Source of the DNA: an uncultured Pseudomonadota bacterium
GTDB taxonomy: Bacteria > Vulcanimicrobiota > Vulcanimicrobiia > Eremiobacterales > Eremiobacteraceae
DNA: 64,000 nucleotides
Direction of reading: 5' to 3'
Assembly: GCA_963736005.1 (NCBI GenBank)
Contig: CAVTNB010000003.1
Location: 320,001 to 384,000 of the forward strand
A program made the position numbers and the translations under genes. Within the stretch, counting starts at the first letter, position 1. Each line of letters begins with the position of its first letter. Below the pieces are notes generated by a model. It was not told the origin of the DNA, made no database searches, and was given only the letters and a program-made list of their open reading frames with translations. This document shows positions 37,855-47,521 of the stretch, one piece after another.

Positions 37855-39069
37855 TCAATGGCCGTAGCGATGCATGATCTGCATCAAGCGGTCGTGCGGC
37901 AGCGCGTACACGGTGTCGCCATCGCGCCCGGTCATCGTGTGAGAGGCAAGCAGCGCATTGACGATCGCTTCTTCGGTTGCTTCGATCGCCGCCCAAAACA
38001 CCGGGTTGGTAAACGCGCGGTCCATAACCGTCGTTTGGAACGTCATCGAATTCGTTGCATATGGGACGACATTCGCTGTTGAAAAGGCGATGATGATGTC
38101 ACCACTACCCTCGCGCGACGAGCCGCCGGCGCGTGCATAGCCCAAGGCAGCCCGCTTGGCCAGATCGATGAGCTGCGTGTGCAAGAGCGGCGCGTTCGTC
38201 GCGACGACCATGATGATCGAACCATCGCTTTGGTGAGGGATATATGGCTGGAGGTCCTTGATCTGCGCTCCCACGGGAACACCATCGATCGTCAAGTCCT
38301 CGCGCCGACCAAAGGTGTTGACGTTGACCAACACACCAACGGTGTATCCACCGTCAGTCGCCGCCAACGTGCGTGAGGCTGTGCCGATGCCACCATGGAA
38401 CGCGTACGCAACGGCGCCCGTCCCCGCACCCACGTCCCCTTGCTCGACCGGACCTCCTCGCGCCGAGTCAAGCGCAAGGCCCGCGTCGGCCGGCGTGTTG
38501 TGACGTCCCTGCTGGTCGTTGAGAAAGTCATCGTTGACTTCAGCGACAACCGGCAGCGGCACGTCCTCTTGTATCCCTATCTGCGGCGATTCTTTGATCA
38601 ACCAAGAAATGACGCCGTCATCGACTCGACCCACGGACAGCGTATCGGTGAGCGCGATCGGCGTCTCGAGCCAGCCCGACTCATTGACCCAGAGCGAGCC
38701 GGTCATTTCACCGTTGCCATTGAGCGGCCACACGGCGGCCCAAAGATGATGATGCCAGATATCTGCGCGCGGAACGATCGCGGTGATGCCCGTTCGGATC
38801 GGACCCACGCCAGGGACGAGCTTGCCAGATCCTTCGATATGCGTTACTTGCCCCACGAGGACGCCAGGTACGTCTGTAATGGCGTCATTCGCCCCATGCG
38901 GCAGCGTTCCAATATGAATGCCAAGCGCTGGTGCTTTTGCAAATGGTCCGCTCGTCGTCATTGGCGGTGAGGCCGCAGCAGCAGCCGGTCCGGTCGGCGC
39001 AAGCCGGCTACACCATACTAAAGCCACGACACCGAGACACAAAAAAACAACTAAAAGCTGCTTCATCAT
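37855..39069 (-). CDS. P1/S58 family (DmpA-like) aminopeptidase with signal peptide
   Basis: AITDVPGVLVG, NGNGEMTG, EQGDVGAGTG, GGIGTASR, DG-SIIMVVATNAP, SGDIIIAFST. Confidence 0.9.
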   Translation of the reverse strand: MMKQLLVVFLCLGVVALVWCSRLAPTGPAAAAASPPMTTSGPFAKAPALGIHIGTLPHGANDAITDVPGVLVGQVTHIEGSGKLVPGVGPIRTGITAIVPRADIWHHHLWAAVWPLNGNGEMTGSLWVNESGWLETPIALTDTLSVGRVDDGVISWLIKESPQIGIQEDVPLPVVAEVNDDFLNDQQGRHNTPADAGLALDSARGGPVEQGDVGAGTGAVAYAFHGGIGTASRTLAATDGGYTVGVLVNVNTFGRREDLTIDGVPVGAQIKDLQPYIPHQSDGSIIMVVATNAPLLHTQLIDLAKRAALGYARAGGSSREGSGDIIIAFSTANVVPYATNSMTFQTTVMDRAFTNPVFWAAIEATEEAIVNALLASHTMTGRDGDTVYALPHDRLMQIMHRYGH

Positions 39070-39158
39070 GCCCCGCCAATTCCACGCCGCCGATTGCGCC
39101 GCCTACGTTTTCAGCGCAGGTGGGTCACACGTGTGGCGACAACGCCTTTCCCTGAAAT

Positions 39159-40322
39159 GTGCTCACGCATTCCTTGGTGCTCGTGCGTCGCAGGCGTTTC
39201 CTAAGAGCTCTCGCCTGCACTGCAGGGGGCGCTTTGATTGCGCCCGCGGGTCGGGTTTTTGGCCAAACGGTTGACTTCGGTGCGCCTTTGCGCGTTCGCC
39301 TCTTCGCTGCTCTCGCGCTTGAAATGCTGACGGTCAACGGGGTCACGATCGACGCGCACGCAGCAACTGTCACCAACGCCGGCGGCACCACGTCGCTCGG
39401 CACTGGAGTGCTTGAATTCACTGGTACGCCCTCTTTGGAAGTCGTGGCGACAGCCGCAGATGGTTCCGCCACGGCGCGCACGTATTCTGGAGTGGTCTTC
39501 GTCGCGCTAAGGCAATCCGAGCTTCTTGTCGTGAATCAGGTTGACGTTGAGACCTACGTTGCCTCCGTAATGTCGGCCGAAGTCAGCCCAGGATGGGCTT
39601 TAGAATCGCTGCGCGCTCAAGCTATGGCCGTTCGGACCTACGCCGCTCGCTCGCGCCTATCGAATGCATTACGCGAATACGACCTCAAGGATGACACCTC
39701 GAGCCAAGTCTACCGAGGGATCGGTGGAGTCGCTTCCAGTCTTGTCACCGCGGCGAGGGACACAGCCGGCAGAATTGTATGGTTCGGAGGGGAGCCGGCA
39801 TCGGTGTTTTATTCCTCATCGTGTGGTGGGCACACGGCTTCGTCTGAGGAGTTGACTGGCCAGCCAGCGCCTTCGTATCTATTGGGCATCTCTGATGTTG
39901 ATCGCTCCGGACATGCATATTGCGGGGGAGCACCATACTTTCGGTGGACGAATTCGGTGGGGGCCGATGCAATGGCGCGCGTCGTCGGCCTCCCATCCAA
40001 CGAGTTGACCGCAGTTCAAATAACAGAACGCTGGCCGGATGGGCGCGTCAAGTCTGTGTTGGCGTCCGGGTCGCTCGTGTCGGTCAGCATGAGCGGCCGT
40101 GACTTTTACCAACGCGCGCTTGGCATCCTCGGCTACAAGGTCATTCCAAGCGCAATGTTTGACGTCAACCGGATCGGTACGGATTTCCAACTCGAGGGGC
40201 ACGGGGTCGGCCATGGGGTGGGCATGTGTCAATGGGGCGCCCGCGGGCGAGCGCAAGCGGGGATAACGGCCGAGCAGATCCTGCAGGCGTACTTTCCGGG
40301 GACGACGATTCAGGCGATCTAA
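39159..40322 (+). CDS. SpoIID/LytB domain protein
   Basis: ETYVASVMSAEV...ESLRAQAMAVRTYA, SQVY, GHGVGMCQWGA, IL..YFPG. Confidence 0.9.
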   Translation: MLTHSLVLVRRRRFLRALACTAGGALIAPAGRVFGQTVDFGAPLRVRLFAALALEMLTVNGVTIDAHAATVTNAGGTTSLGTGVLEFTGTPSLEVVATAADGSATARTYSGVVFVALRQSELLVVNQVDVETYVASVMSAEVSPGWALESLRAQAMAVRTYAARSRLSNALREYDLKDDTSSQVYRGIGGVASSLVTAARDTAGRIVWFGGEPASVFYSSSCGGHTASSEELTGQPAPSYLLGISDVDRSGHAYCGGAPYFRWTNSVGADAMARVVGLPSNELTAVQITERWPDGRVKSVLASGSLVSVSMSGRDFYQRALGILGYKVIPSAMFDVNRIGTDFQLEGHGVGHGVGMCQWGARGRAQAGITAEQILQAYFPGTTIQAI

Positions 40323-40385
40323 TTTTACGCGCGAATGAATTCGTGGGGCGATTTCACGCGCGAGGGGCGATTTTCCAATCGCCCC

Positions 40386-41936
40386 CTACATGCTTGCGAT
40401 GTCGTTGAGCATCTGATCTTCTGCAGCCCAAACTGCATCGAGACCGTGCTGCCAATCGTTGACTAAGAAAACAAAAATGACCGGACCATGGCGCGCCGTG
40501 AGCAGGTACCCTGCGATCGAGCTCGCGCCATCGATGTAGCCGTCTTTGGCGAAAACATGCCCCAGTGCTTGCGGCGCAAGTTGCCGAACGGCTACGGTCC
40601 CTTCGATACCCGCCCGCGGCAAGAGCGTAAATGGCGGCTCAGGCATCGACTGATTCAGCAAGAAGCGCAGCGTCACGGCAAGCGATCGCGCGGATACTTT
40701 ATTTGCCTCCGATAGGCCCGATCCGTCCACCAAGGTTACTTCATCTGTGGGGACGCCATTTTGGTCCACAAATGCGCGCTCGGCGTGCAACGAGTTATCG
40801 AGCGTGCCAAGGCCCGTTGCGTTCCAGCCAACTTCGCGCAGCAGCTGCTCAGCGTAGTGGTTATCGCTGAGCAGGAACATATGCTTGATGATGAGATCCA
40901 AAGGTCGCGATTGATGCTGCCAGAGCGTCGCGCCTTGTGTGGGAGCAGCGTCGGCGTTTGCCGATCCGCTTACGCTCACGCCCGCTAGACGCAACATCGC
41001 GACGAGCGACGTCGCCGCAGCTTGCGTGGGGTGGCCGACCGCGCGCCAGTATTTTTGTGGCGCACCGAATGGGATTTGGCCCCGCACAAGATAGCCCGAA
41101 CCATCGGGCAGCGCGTCGATGGTCAGCGTGTTGTCAGCATCGGCTGCGGCGGTATCGACCGACGCAATGACTCGCTCGCCCGGCGGATCCACGGCGACGT
41201 CGGCTTGCGTTCCCTCCTTTGGCGTAATCGTGAACTGCACCGAGCCACCGTCGAGCGACAGCGCAGTGGCAGGGGCAGCCCAGCCGTATTGCAGATCTTC
41301 TCGCAGCCAACTCGCGCTCACTCGATCTGCGCCGTATCGCGAACCGTCAACGTCTATGTTGCCGCTGATCTGATCGATTCCAGCCAGTTGGAGCGCGCGA
41401 ATGCCGCGGCGCAGATCATCGCTCGTCAATTCCGGATCGCCGCCGCCAATGAGCCACAGATTTCCGCGAAGCGTGGTGCCGTCAATCGTACCATCGCTGA
41501 CCATCCGGGTGACAAAGCGATGCTGGCTACCCAAAGCCGCAAGCGCGGCCGCCGCGGTGATCAATTTCACGGTTGAACCGGGGACGAAGGGCTGATGTGC
41601 GTTACGGCTGTAGAGCACGCGTCCATCGCGCCCATCGATGACGAGGAGTCCCGTGCTCTGCGGAAACGCCGGCAGATCCGCCAACGCGGCAACGTCGCCG
41701 TGAAGCTTCGTCACGTCGCCCGGCGTCCATGGCCCGCCCGCTTTGAGCCAACTTGTCTTCCTTGCCGCTCGCGCCGTGTGGATTGGAGTGGGCGGTGCAA
41801 CTACGTGGGCGCGATGATGGAGAAATGAATAGATCAGCAAGACGAGCAGTGCGACAACCAGCGCCAGCAGCGCTATGCGTCGAAACCTGCGCTTCCGTTG
41901 CCTGCGCCAGCGTTGCGGACTAAGTCTGCGATCCAT
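40386..41936 (-). CDS. dacB: D-alanyl-D-alanine carboxypeptidase/endopeptidase (PBP4)
   Basis: PGSTVK (SxxK), GGGDP, SDN, DGSGLS, AKDG (KTG variant). Confidence 0.88.
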   Translation of the reverse strand: MDRRLSPQRWRRQRKRRFRRIALLALVVALLVLLIYSFLHHRAHVVAPPTPIHTARAARKTSWLKAGGPWTPGDVTKLHGDVAALADLPAFPQSTGLLVIDGRDGRVLYSRNAHQPFVPGSTVKLITAAAALAALGSQHRFVTRMVSDGTIDGTTLRGNLWLIGGGDPELTSDDLRRGIRALQLAGIDQISGNIDVDGSRYGADRVSASWLREDLQYGWAAPATALSLDGGSVQFTITPKEGTQADVAVDPPGERVIASVDTAAADADNTLTIDALPDGSGYLVRGQIPFGAPQKYWRAVGHPTQAAATSLVAMLRLAGVSVSGSANADAAPTQGATLWQHQSRPLDLIIKHMFLLSDNHYAEQLLREVGWNATGLGTLDNSLHAERAFVDQNGVPTDEVTLVDGSGLSEANKVSARSLAVTLRFLLNQSMPEPPFTLLPRAGIEGTVAVRQLAPQALGHVFAKDGYIDGASSIAGYLLTARHGPVIFVFLVNDWQHGLDAVWAAEDQMLNDIASM

Positions 41937-42978
41937 GCCCACCAAATAAGCTGGTTTGAAGAACGTCGTGAGGGGCAAAGTTACTGACGCGCACGCCGAT
42001 GAGCCGGACGGGCCGGCTGATGTCGAGGCGCCGCAGACAATGCTGCGCCGCCTCAGCGATGCTGCCGGCATCTTCGATCGGTTCGAAAAACGACGTTTGG
42101 CGGCCCATGACCCGCCAATCGGAAAATTTGACTTTGATCCCTACCGTGTGAGCGCGAATCTGCTTGCGTTGCAACCGGTCAGCAAGTTCGACGGCTTGCG
42201 TTGTAATGATCCGCTCGAGCGCGCCCACGTCGGCGACGTCTTGTTCGAACGTTTCCTCGCTCGAAATCGAACGAACCTCCCAGTCGTCGACGACCGGTCG
42301 CGGATCGATGCCGCGCGCAAGGTCGCGAAGCTCGTTGCCCCAGCGCCCAAACAATTGGTGTAGCCGCGCATCGGGGAGCGCGGCGATGTCACCGATAAGC
42401 TCGAGCCCGTGCGAGCGCAATCGCTGTTCTGTTTTCGGACCAATTCCCCACAAGCGGCGGACAGGCTTGGGCGCGAGATACGCTGCTTCGGTGCCGGGTC
42501 GTACCGAAACCAGACCGTCGGGCTTCCCCTCGTCACTGGCAATCTTCGCGACCATTTTTCCGCAGGCAATGCCTACCGACACGGTCAGTGAGGTCGCTTT
42601 GCAAACTTGTGCCTTGACCTCGCGCGCCACGGCGATGGCTGCGTCCAGCTCCAAATCGCCGATATCCAAGAACGCCTCGTCCAGGGACAGTCCCTCCACG
42701 ACTCGCGCGTGCTGTTTGAAAATGCCGAAGACAACAGTGCTTGCCTCGTGATACTTGGCGAAATCCGGAGCGGCGATGACAAGGTTCGGGCAGCGCTCCT
42801 TGGCCTGGTAGAGCGGCAAGGCGCTGTGAATGCCAAACTTGCGCGCCTCGTAGGAGGCAGTGAGCACGACGGCGCGCCGACTTCTGCCTGCAACCACGAG
42901 AGGCTTGCCGCGGAGCGAGGGATCGTCTCGTTGCGCAACGCTAGCATAGAAGGCATCGAGGTCGGCGTGAACGATCAT
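41920..42978 (-). CDS. dinB: DNA polymerase IV
   Basis: HADLDAFYASV, TASYEARKFG, SLDEAFLD, AKIASD..KPDG, LWGIGPKT. Confidence 0.95.
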   Translation of the reverse strand: MIVHADLDAFYASVAQRDDPSLRGKPLVVAGRSRRAVVLTASYEARKFGIHSALPLYQAKERCPNLVIAAPDFAKYHEASTVVFGIFKQHARVVEGLSLDEAFLDIGDLELDAAIAVAREVKAQVCKATSLTVSVGIACGKMVAKIASDEGKPDGLVSVRPGTEAAYLAPKPVRRLWGIGPKTEQRLRSHGLELIGDIAALPDARLHQLFGRWGNELRDLARGIDPRPVVDDWEVRSISSEETFEQDVADVGALERIITTQAVELADRLQRKQIRAHTVGIKVKFSDWRVMGRQTSFFEPIEDAGSIAEAAQHCLRRLDISRPVRLIGVRVSNFAPHDVLQTSLFGGHGSQT

Positions 42979-43943
42979 GAGACGGCTTTGAGTTTCTTGT
43001 CGCCGTTCGGCGGCACTTCCCACCAAGCCAGGCGCGGCTCCCAACGCTCGAACCAATACACGAGCGACTGCCACTTCCCATACCGCGCAAAACGCCGGCG
43101 GATTTGCTTCTCAGTTGGCCGCTTGCCGCGGAAGAAATGACGCTGGGCGTACGCGTAGGTGGCGCTGTCAACCGGCAAGTGATCGTAGTGGCCGAGCAGG
43201 TTCATCAAAAAGTGCGCGGATGACTTGCCAATACCGCGCAGGGCGACCAGCGCTGCGAATAATTCCTTTTCGGTCATCTTAGGCGAAGCAGCATCCAAGC
43301 TGTCCAGATCGATTTCGCCCGACTTGTGCTGCCGAGCCAACTCCATGATATAGGGAGCGCGGTAGCCCGCCCGGACGACGTCGCGCAAGAAACGTTCGCC
43401 CGCTCTTACAACTTGACCGGGCGTTGGCCACGCTCGTAAGGTTGGGTCCGCGGGCGCGGGCTCGCCAAGCTGCGCGAGACGATTGCTCATCGTGACGGCT
43501 TGGCGCCAATTGACGTTTGTGCTCAGGACGGTCTTGATGACATCCTCCCAGAGTGAAGGCGCGCGCATGCACCGGCCCGCACCGAGGCGGCGGGCTTCGC
43601 GCAAATCCGGCACCGTGCGACACAGCGCATAAAACGGTTGCAGTCCCTCGTCGGCGCGCAGTATGACGGCAACCCTTCGGGCCATCTCAGTGGCCACCCC
43701 CGGATCGTCCGCCCCTTCCCCGATCACGGTCAGGCTGACATCTTTATGGTTGGCGCGCTTCGACGCCCCTTCTTCCATTCGCACGACCATGACTCTGCCG
43801 TCGTGCAATCGCTCCGCACGCACGAGCACGTGCTGATCTTGAAGCCAGCGGAAGGGCTCTGTTTGGTACCAGCCGTGCGAAACGACCGTGGAAAAAAGGC
43901 TGAAGGGTTTGCGAATCTGCACTCGCGCCGTGGCGGTTTCCAT
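42975..43943 (-). CDS. HhH-GPD DNA glycosylase (AlkA/Ogg1-like)
   Basis: WEDVIKTVLSTNVNW, WPTP, GYRA.YI, LRGIGKSSA...L.G.YD.LPVD. Confidence 0.85.
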   Translation of the reverse strand: METATARVQIRKPFSLFSTVVSHGWYQTEPFRWLQDQHVLVRAERLHDGRVMVVRMEEGASKRANHKDVSLTVIGEGADDPGVATEMARRVAVILRADEGLQPFYALCRTVPDLREARRLGAGRCMRAPSLWEDVIKTVLSTNVNWRQAVTMSNRLAQLGEPAPADPTLRAWPTPGQVVRAGERFLRDVVRAGYRAPYIMELARQHKSGEIDLDSLDAASPKMTEKELFAALVALRGIGKSSAHFLMNLLGHYDHLPVDSATYAYAQRHFFRGKRPTEKQIRRRFARYGKWQSLVYWFERWEPRLAWWEVPPNGDKKLKAVS

Positions 43944-44023
43944 GCACAGCAGCTTGGTTGACGGATACGGGTTTACCCTGCCTTGCGCAGGCTCACCTCA
44001 AAGACGGCGGGAAGCCATCTTGC

Positions 44024-45016
44024 ATGAGCTCAAAGGGAGACGAAGCGAAAGCCCACGGTCGCGTCCCTGAGCTGGCCCGCAAAGTTGTCGAGCACGACTG
44101 GCGCGCATTGGCCAGAGCGATCACCGCCATTGAGAATGAAGACCGCGACGCCGTCTCGTTGTCTGCGGCGCTGTATCCGCACACCGGCCACGCACAAATC
44201 ATTGGCGTCACGGGGCCGCCGGGCTCGGGAAAATCAACGCTCGTCGATGCGCTGACGGCTGTTATTCGCAAGGACGGCCGATCGGTTGGCGTCATTGCGG
44301 TCGATCCATCAAGCCCGTTTACCGGTGGAGCAGTTCTCGGCGACCGCGTTCGCATGCAGCGCCACGCAGGTGATTCAGGCGTCTTTATCCGCAGCATGGC
44401 GGCTCGCCACACTCCCGGCGGCCTCGCTCCCACCACTCGAGACGTCATCCGCGCGCTCGATGCGTTTGGCTGCGACGTCATTCTCGTTGAGACAGTTGGC
44501 GTTGGTCAAGTTGAATTGGAAATCATGAAGGTCGCCGATACGGTCTTGGTCGTCACCGTGCCCGGTCTGGGCGACAGCGTGCAAACAATTAAAGCGGGTC
44601 TGCTTGAGATAGCGGATTGTTTTGTCGTGAACATGGCCGACCGGCCCGGGTCGGCGCTGACCGTGGCGGATCTGCGAGCGATGCTCACGCTCGGTGGCGC
44701 TGAGGAGCGCCGCAGGCGTTGGGTTCCTCCGATCATCGAAACGGTTGCGTTGACCGGTCAAGGAGTCGACAAGGTTTGGGATGCCTGCCAGCGCCACCGC
44801 CAGGTCCTCGACGCCGACGAGCTCATGGGCCGCTCGCGAGACCGCTTGCGCGACGAAGTGCTCGAAGCGGTCACGCGCGGGCTGGGATCGTATGTCAATG
44901 AAGCGTTGTCACGTAACGGTTCGATGGATAGTATTCTCGCGGCCGTGTTGCGCAGAGAGCTCGATCCAAAAACCGCAGCGCAGCAGATCATCGCGGAGCA
45001 CCTCAAAAGGCCCTAG
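44024..45016 (+). CDS. meaB: Methylmalonyl-CoA mutase-associated GTPase MeaB
   Basis: GVTGPPGSGKST, AVDPSSPFTGGAVLGDRVRM, ETVGVGQ, IKAGLLEIAD. Confidence 0.93.
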   Translation: MSSKGDEAKAHGRVPELARKVVEHDWRALARAITAIENEDRDAVSLSAALYPHTGHAQIIGVTGPPGSGKSTLVDALTAVIRKDGRSVGVIAVDPSSPFTGGAVLGDRVRMQRHAGDSGVFIRSMAARHTPGGLAPTTRDVIRALDAFGCDVILVETVGVGQVELEIMKVADTVLVVTVPGLGDSVQTIKAGLLEIADCFVVNMADRPGSALTVADLRAMLTLGGAEERRRRWVPPIIETVALTGQGVDKVWDACQRHRQVLDADELMGRSRDRLRDEVLEAVTRGLGSYVNEALSRNGSMDSILAAVLRRELDPKTAAQQIIAEHLKRP

Positions 45017-45189
45017 CGAAATGCCCTCCCCGATCGCCCAACATGGGCGACTTGACAGTCGGCCACTACATGTAGCAGCGGACCTTTAGGGCCGCTCGCT
45101 CGCCGGCTTCCGTGATGTGGAATGAGTCTTCCGCCTCATGGTTTAGTTATCGCGATTTGCGGTATATGGTAACCAGGAGGGCCCAACCC

Positions 45190-45369
45190 ATGTTGTCGCT
45201 TCCAATCGAATTGACGCGCGAACTCACAGAAGATGACGTGCTTCGAGTCGACCCGGTCGCAGAATACGACCGCCGGCTTGTCTGGCGCACCTGGGCTGAC
45301 CGGCTCTTTGCGCAAAACGGCGACGGCGTGGACGAGGTGCTCGAGCGCGGTCGACCGACCGGGCCCTAG
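45190..45369 (+). CDS. Small hypothetical protein (59 aa)
   Basis: Strong AGGAGG RBS before ATG 45190. Confidence 0.5.
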   Translation: MLSLPIELTRELTEDDVLRVDPVAEYDRRLVWRTWADRLFAQNGDGVDEVLERGRPTGP

Positions 45370-45371
45370 GT

Positions 45372-46745
45372 TTAGATTTCGACCACTTCACCCGGCCTTG
45401 CCGGGCTTGCTTCCAAACCATACTGATCGTGCACCGCGGCGGCGAGTGACGCCGCCGCGGCGGGGTCGGCGTGCACCAAGAACGTTTGCGGCTTGCTCTG
45501 AAAATTCCCAAACCAACGTAAGAGTTCGTTTCGATCGGCATGCGCAGAAAATCCGTCGATCTGAACGACGTTGGCTTTGACGTCCACCGGCACGCCGAAA
45601 ATCATCACCCGTTTTTGTCCCTGGAGCAATTGCTGGCCGAGCGTTCCCGGCGATTGGAACCCAACGAAACACATCGTGTCGTTGGGCCGCGGCAAGCGAT
45701 TGCGAAGATGATGCAGCACGCGCCCACCGGCTGCCATCCCGCTCGATGCAATGATGATCCCATTTGATTGGATGTCGTTCAATTTGATTGAATCTTGTTG
45801 CGACTGGACGTTCGTCACGTTGCGAGCGCCGATATTTTTATCTCCCGAACCGAAGCGTGCTCGCAGATCGAAGCGCATGGCTTCCGGATGCCGCTCCATG
45901 ATAGCATCCGCTGCTATTCCCATTGGACTGTCCACGTAAATTGGGACGTTTGAAATTTTCGATCCAGCCTGAAGCTGACCGATGGCGTACAGGATCTCTT
46001 GCGTCCTGCCGACCGCAAACGAGGGGATGACGAGCACGCCGTTGCGCTGTTGCGCAGCGTTGATCACGTTGCATAAGTCATCTTGCGGGTCATTTTGCGG
46101 GTGCAATCGATCACCGTAGGTTGACTCGCACAAGACGACATTCGCCTGCGCCACGGGCGATGGATCGCACAGGAGCGGTCTTCCGTAGCGCCCGAGGTCT
46201 CCTGAAAAGACTAGCGTGTGTTGGTCGAAGAAAATCTCCATGATTGCCGAGCCCAAAATGTGCCCCGCGTCGCTGTAGCGGAAGCGACAGCCAGCAATAT
46301 CCTGACGCATCTCAGCATACGCCACGTGCGAAAAGAGCGGCACAACTTGGTCGACGTCTTCGCTTGTGTACAGCGGCGTCGCGTGCAAGCCGCGGTCGGG
46401 ATGCCGCTTGGCCCGCGCTGCTTCGTCTTCTTGCAACCCCGCGGAATCCCGCAAGACAAGTTCGGCGACATCGGCGGTCGCCGGGGTGCAGTAGATCGGC
46501 TTATGAAACCCTTCCGCAACCAACGCCGGCAGATAACCGCAATGATCGAGGTGCGCATGCGACAACAGCACGGCATCCAGAGTCTTTGGATCCACCGGTG
46601 GGGCCGTCCAATTGCGCTGCGTGAGGTCGTGCGAGCCTTGGTACAAACCGCAATCCAGCAGCACGCGTGCGCCGCTGTCGGTCTCGAGGAGATGTTTGCT
46701 CCCGGTTACGACTCCCGCTGCCCCGATGAAGGTGATCCGGCCCAT
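45372..46745 (-). CDS. MBL-fold beta-CASP RNA-metabolising hydrolase
   Basis: GAAGVVTGS, SHAHLDHCG, AGHILGS, FSGDLG, ESTYG, FAVGRTQE, FSAHAD. Confidence 0.92.
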   Translation of the reverse strand: MGRITFIGAAGVVTGSKHLLETDSGARVLLDCGLYQGSHDLTQRNWTAPPVDPKTLDAVLLSHAHLDHCGYLPALVAEGFHKPIYCTPATADVAELVLRDSAGLQEDEAARAKRHPDRGLHATPLYTSEDVDQVVPLFSHVAYAEMRQDIAGCRFRYSDAGHILGSAIMEIFFDQHTLVFSGDLGRYGRPLLCDPSPVAQANVVLCESTYGDRLHPQNDPQDDLCNVINAAQQRNGVLVIPSFAVGRTQEILYAIGQLQAGSKISNVPIYVDSPMGIAADAIMERHPEAMRFDLRARFGSGDKNIGARNVTNVQSQQDSIKLNDIQSNGIIIASSGMAAGGRVLHHLRNRLPRPNDTMCFVGFQSPGTLGQQLLQGQKRVMIFGVPVDVKANVVQIDGFSAHADRNELLRWFGNFQSKPQTFLVHADPAAAASLAAAVHDQYGLEASPARPGEVVEI

Positions 46746-47443
46746 CCCTGCTGCTCCCCCTCGTCCGCTTTCTCCTGAAACACGGACGGATGTTTGTAGT
46801 GTTCTGTTTGATAAATCTCGACGCATCGTGCAACGAGCTTCGCGGGATCGTCTTCATAGACGAGCCGCGCACCCGTCTTCTTGCGGAGTCGTGGCACGAT
46901 ATCCGGGAGGTCGTCCGCAATGCCGTCGGTGTGCGCAAGGATGCCAATCAGCTTGCCTTCATCGTAGGCGATGGCGAATTCGCCGAGCGTTCCGGATCGG
47001 CCGCCCGCGATGATCACGATGTCCGATGAGTGAATGTTGTCGACCTCTCGTCCCATAAGGCCGCTGCCAGTATAAATGATCACGTCGTACTCGTCGACCG
47101 GCGATTCGTAGCGCAAGACGTGTTCGCTGCGCGAAAGCGCTGGCGAGATGCCGACCGACAGGCCTCCCGAAGCGTGAGCTCCTCGGGCGGTATCGTAGGG
47201 AAGTCCGGGGCAAGCGCCAGTGATGAGAACGCAGCCTGCTTTGGCGATAGCCACTCCGAGATCGTAGGCACGTTTGCGAACCTCGATGTCGAGCGCGCCT
47301 CCGGCGGAGCCCATCACTCCAATGGTTCGGACGGTCGGATCTTTGGTTGGGTCGTACGATTTGTCAACGTCGGGGCTGATGGGGCCCGAGTAGGGATGCG
47401 GTTCGCGGCGCGCGGGTTTGCCGCCATCTGGGGAGCTTGACAT
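46706..47443 (-). CDS. LOG family protein
   Basis: IGVMGSA, LITGACPG, GRSGTLGEFAIA. Confidence 0.85.
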   Translation of the reverse strand: MSSSPDGGKPARREPHPYSGPISPDVDKSYDPTKDPTVRTIGVMGSAGGALDIEVRKRAYDLGVAIAKAGCVLITGACPGLPYDTARGAHASGGLSVGISPALSRSEHVLRYESPVDEYDVIIYTGSGLMGREVDNIHSSDIVIIAGGRSGTLGEFAIAYDEGKLIGILAHTDGIADDLPDIVPRLRKKTGARLVYEDDPAKLVARCVEIYQTEHYKHPSVFQEKADEGEQQGWAGSPSSGQRES

Positions 47444-47521
47444 GACAAAGTCGCTTCGTTTCGACCTTGTCGCCTGCCTGCGGCGAGGCATCACCACGCA
47501 TTCGTCGTACTAACAAATTGG

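Noticed and set aside
43944..44023. LexA/SOS box upstream of the glycosylase-dinB unit
   Set aside because: No recognisable GAAC-N4-GTTC or CTGT-N8-ACAG dyad was seen.
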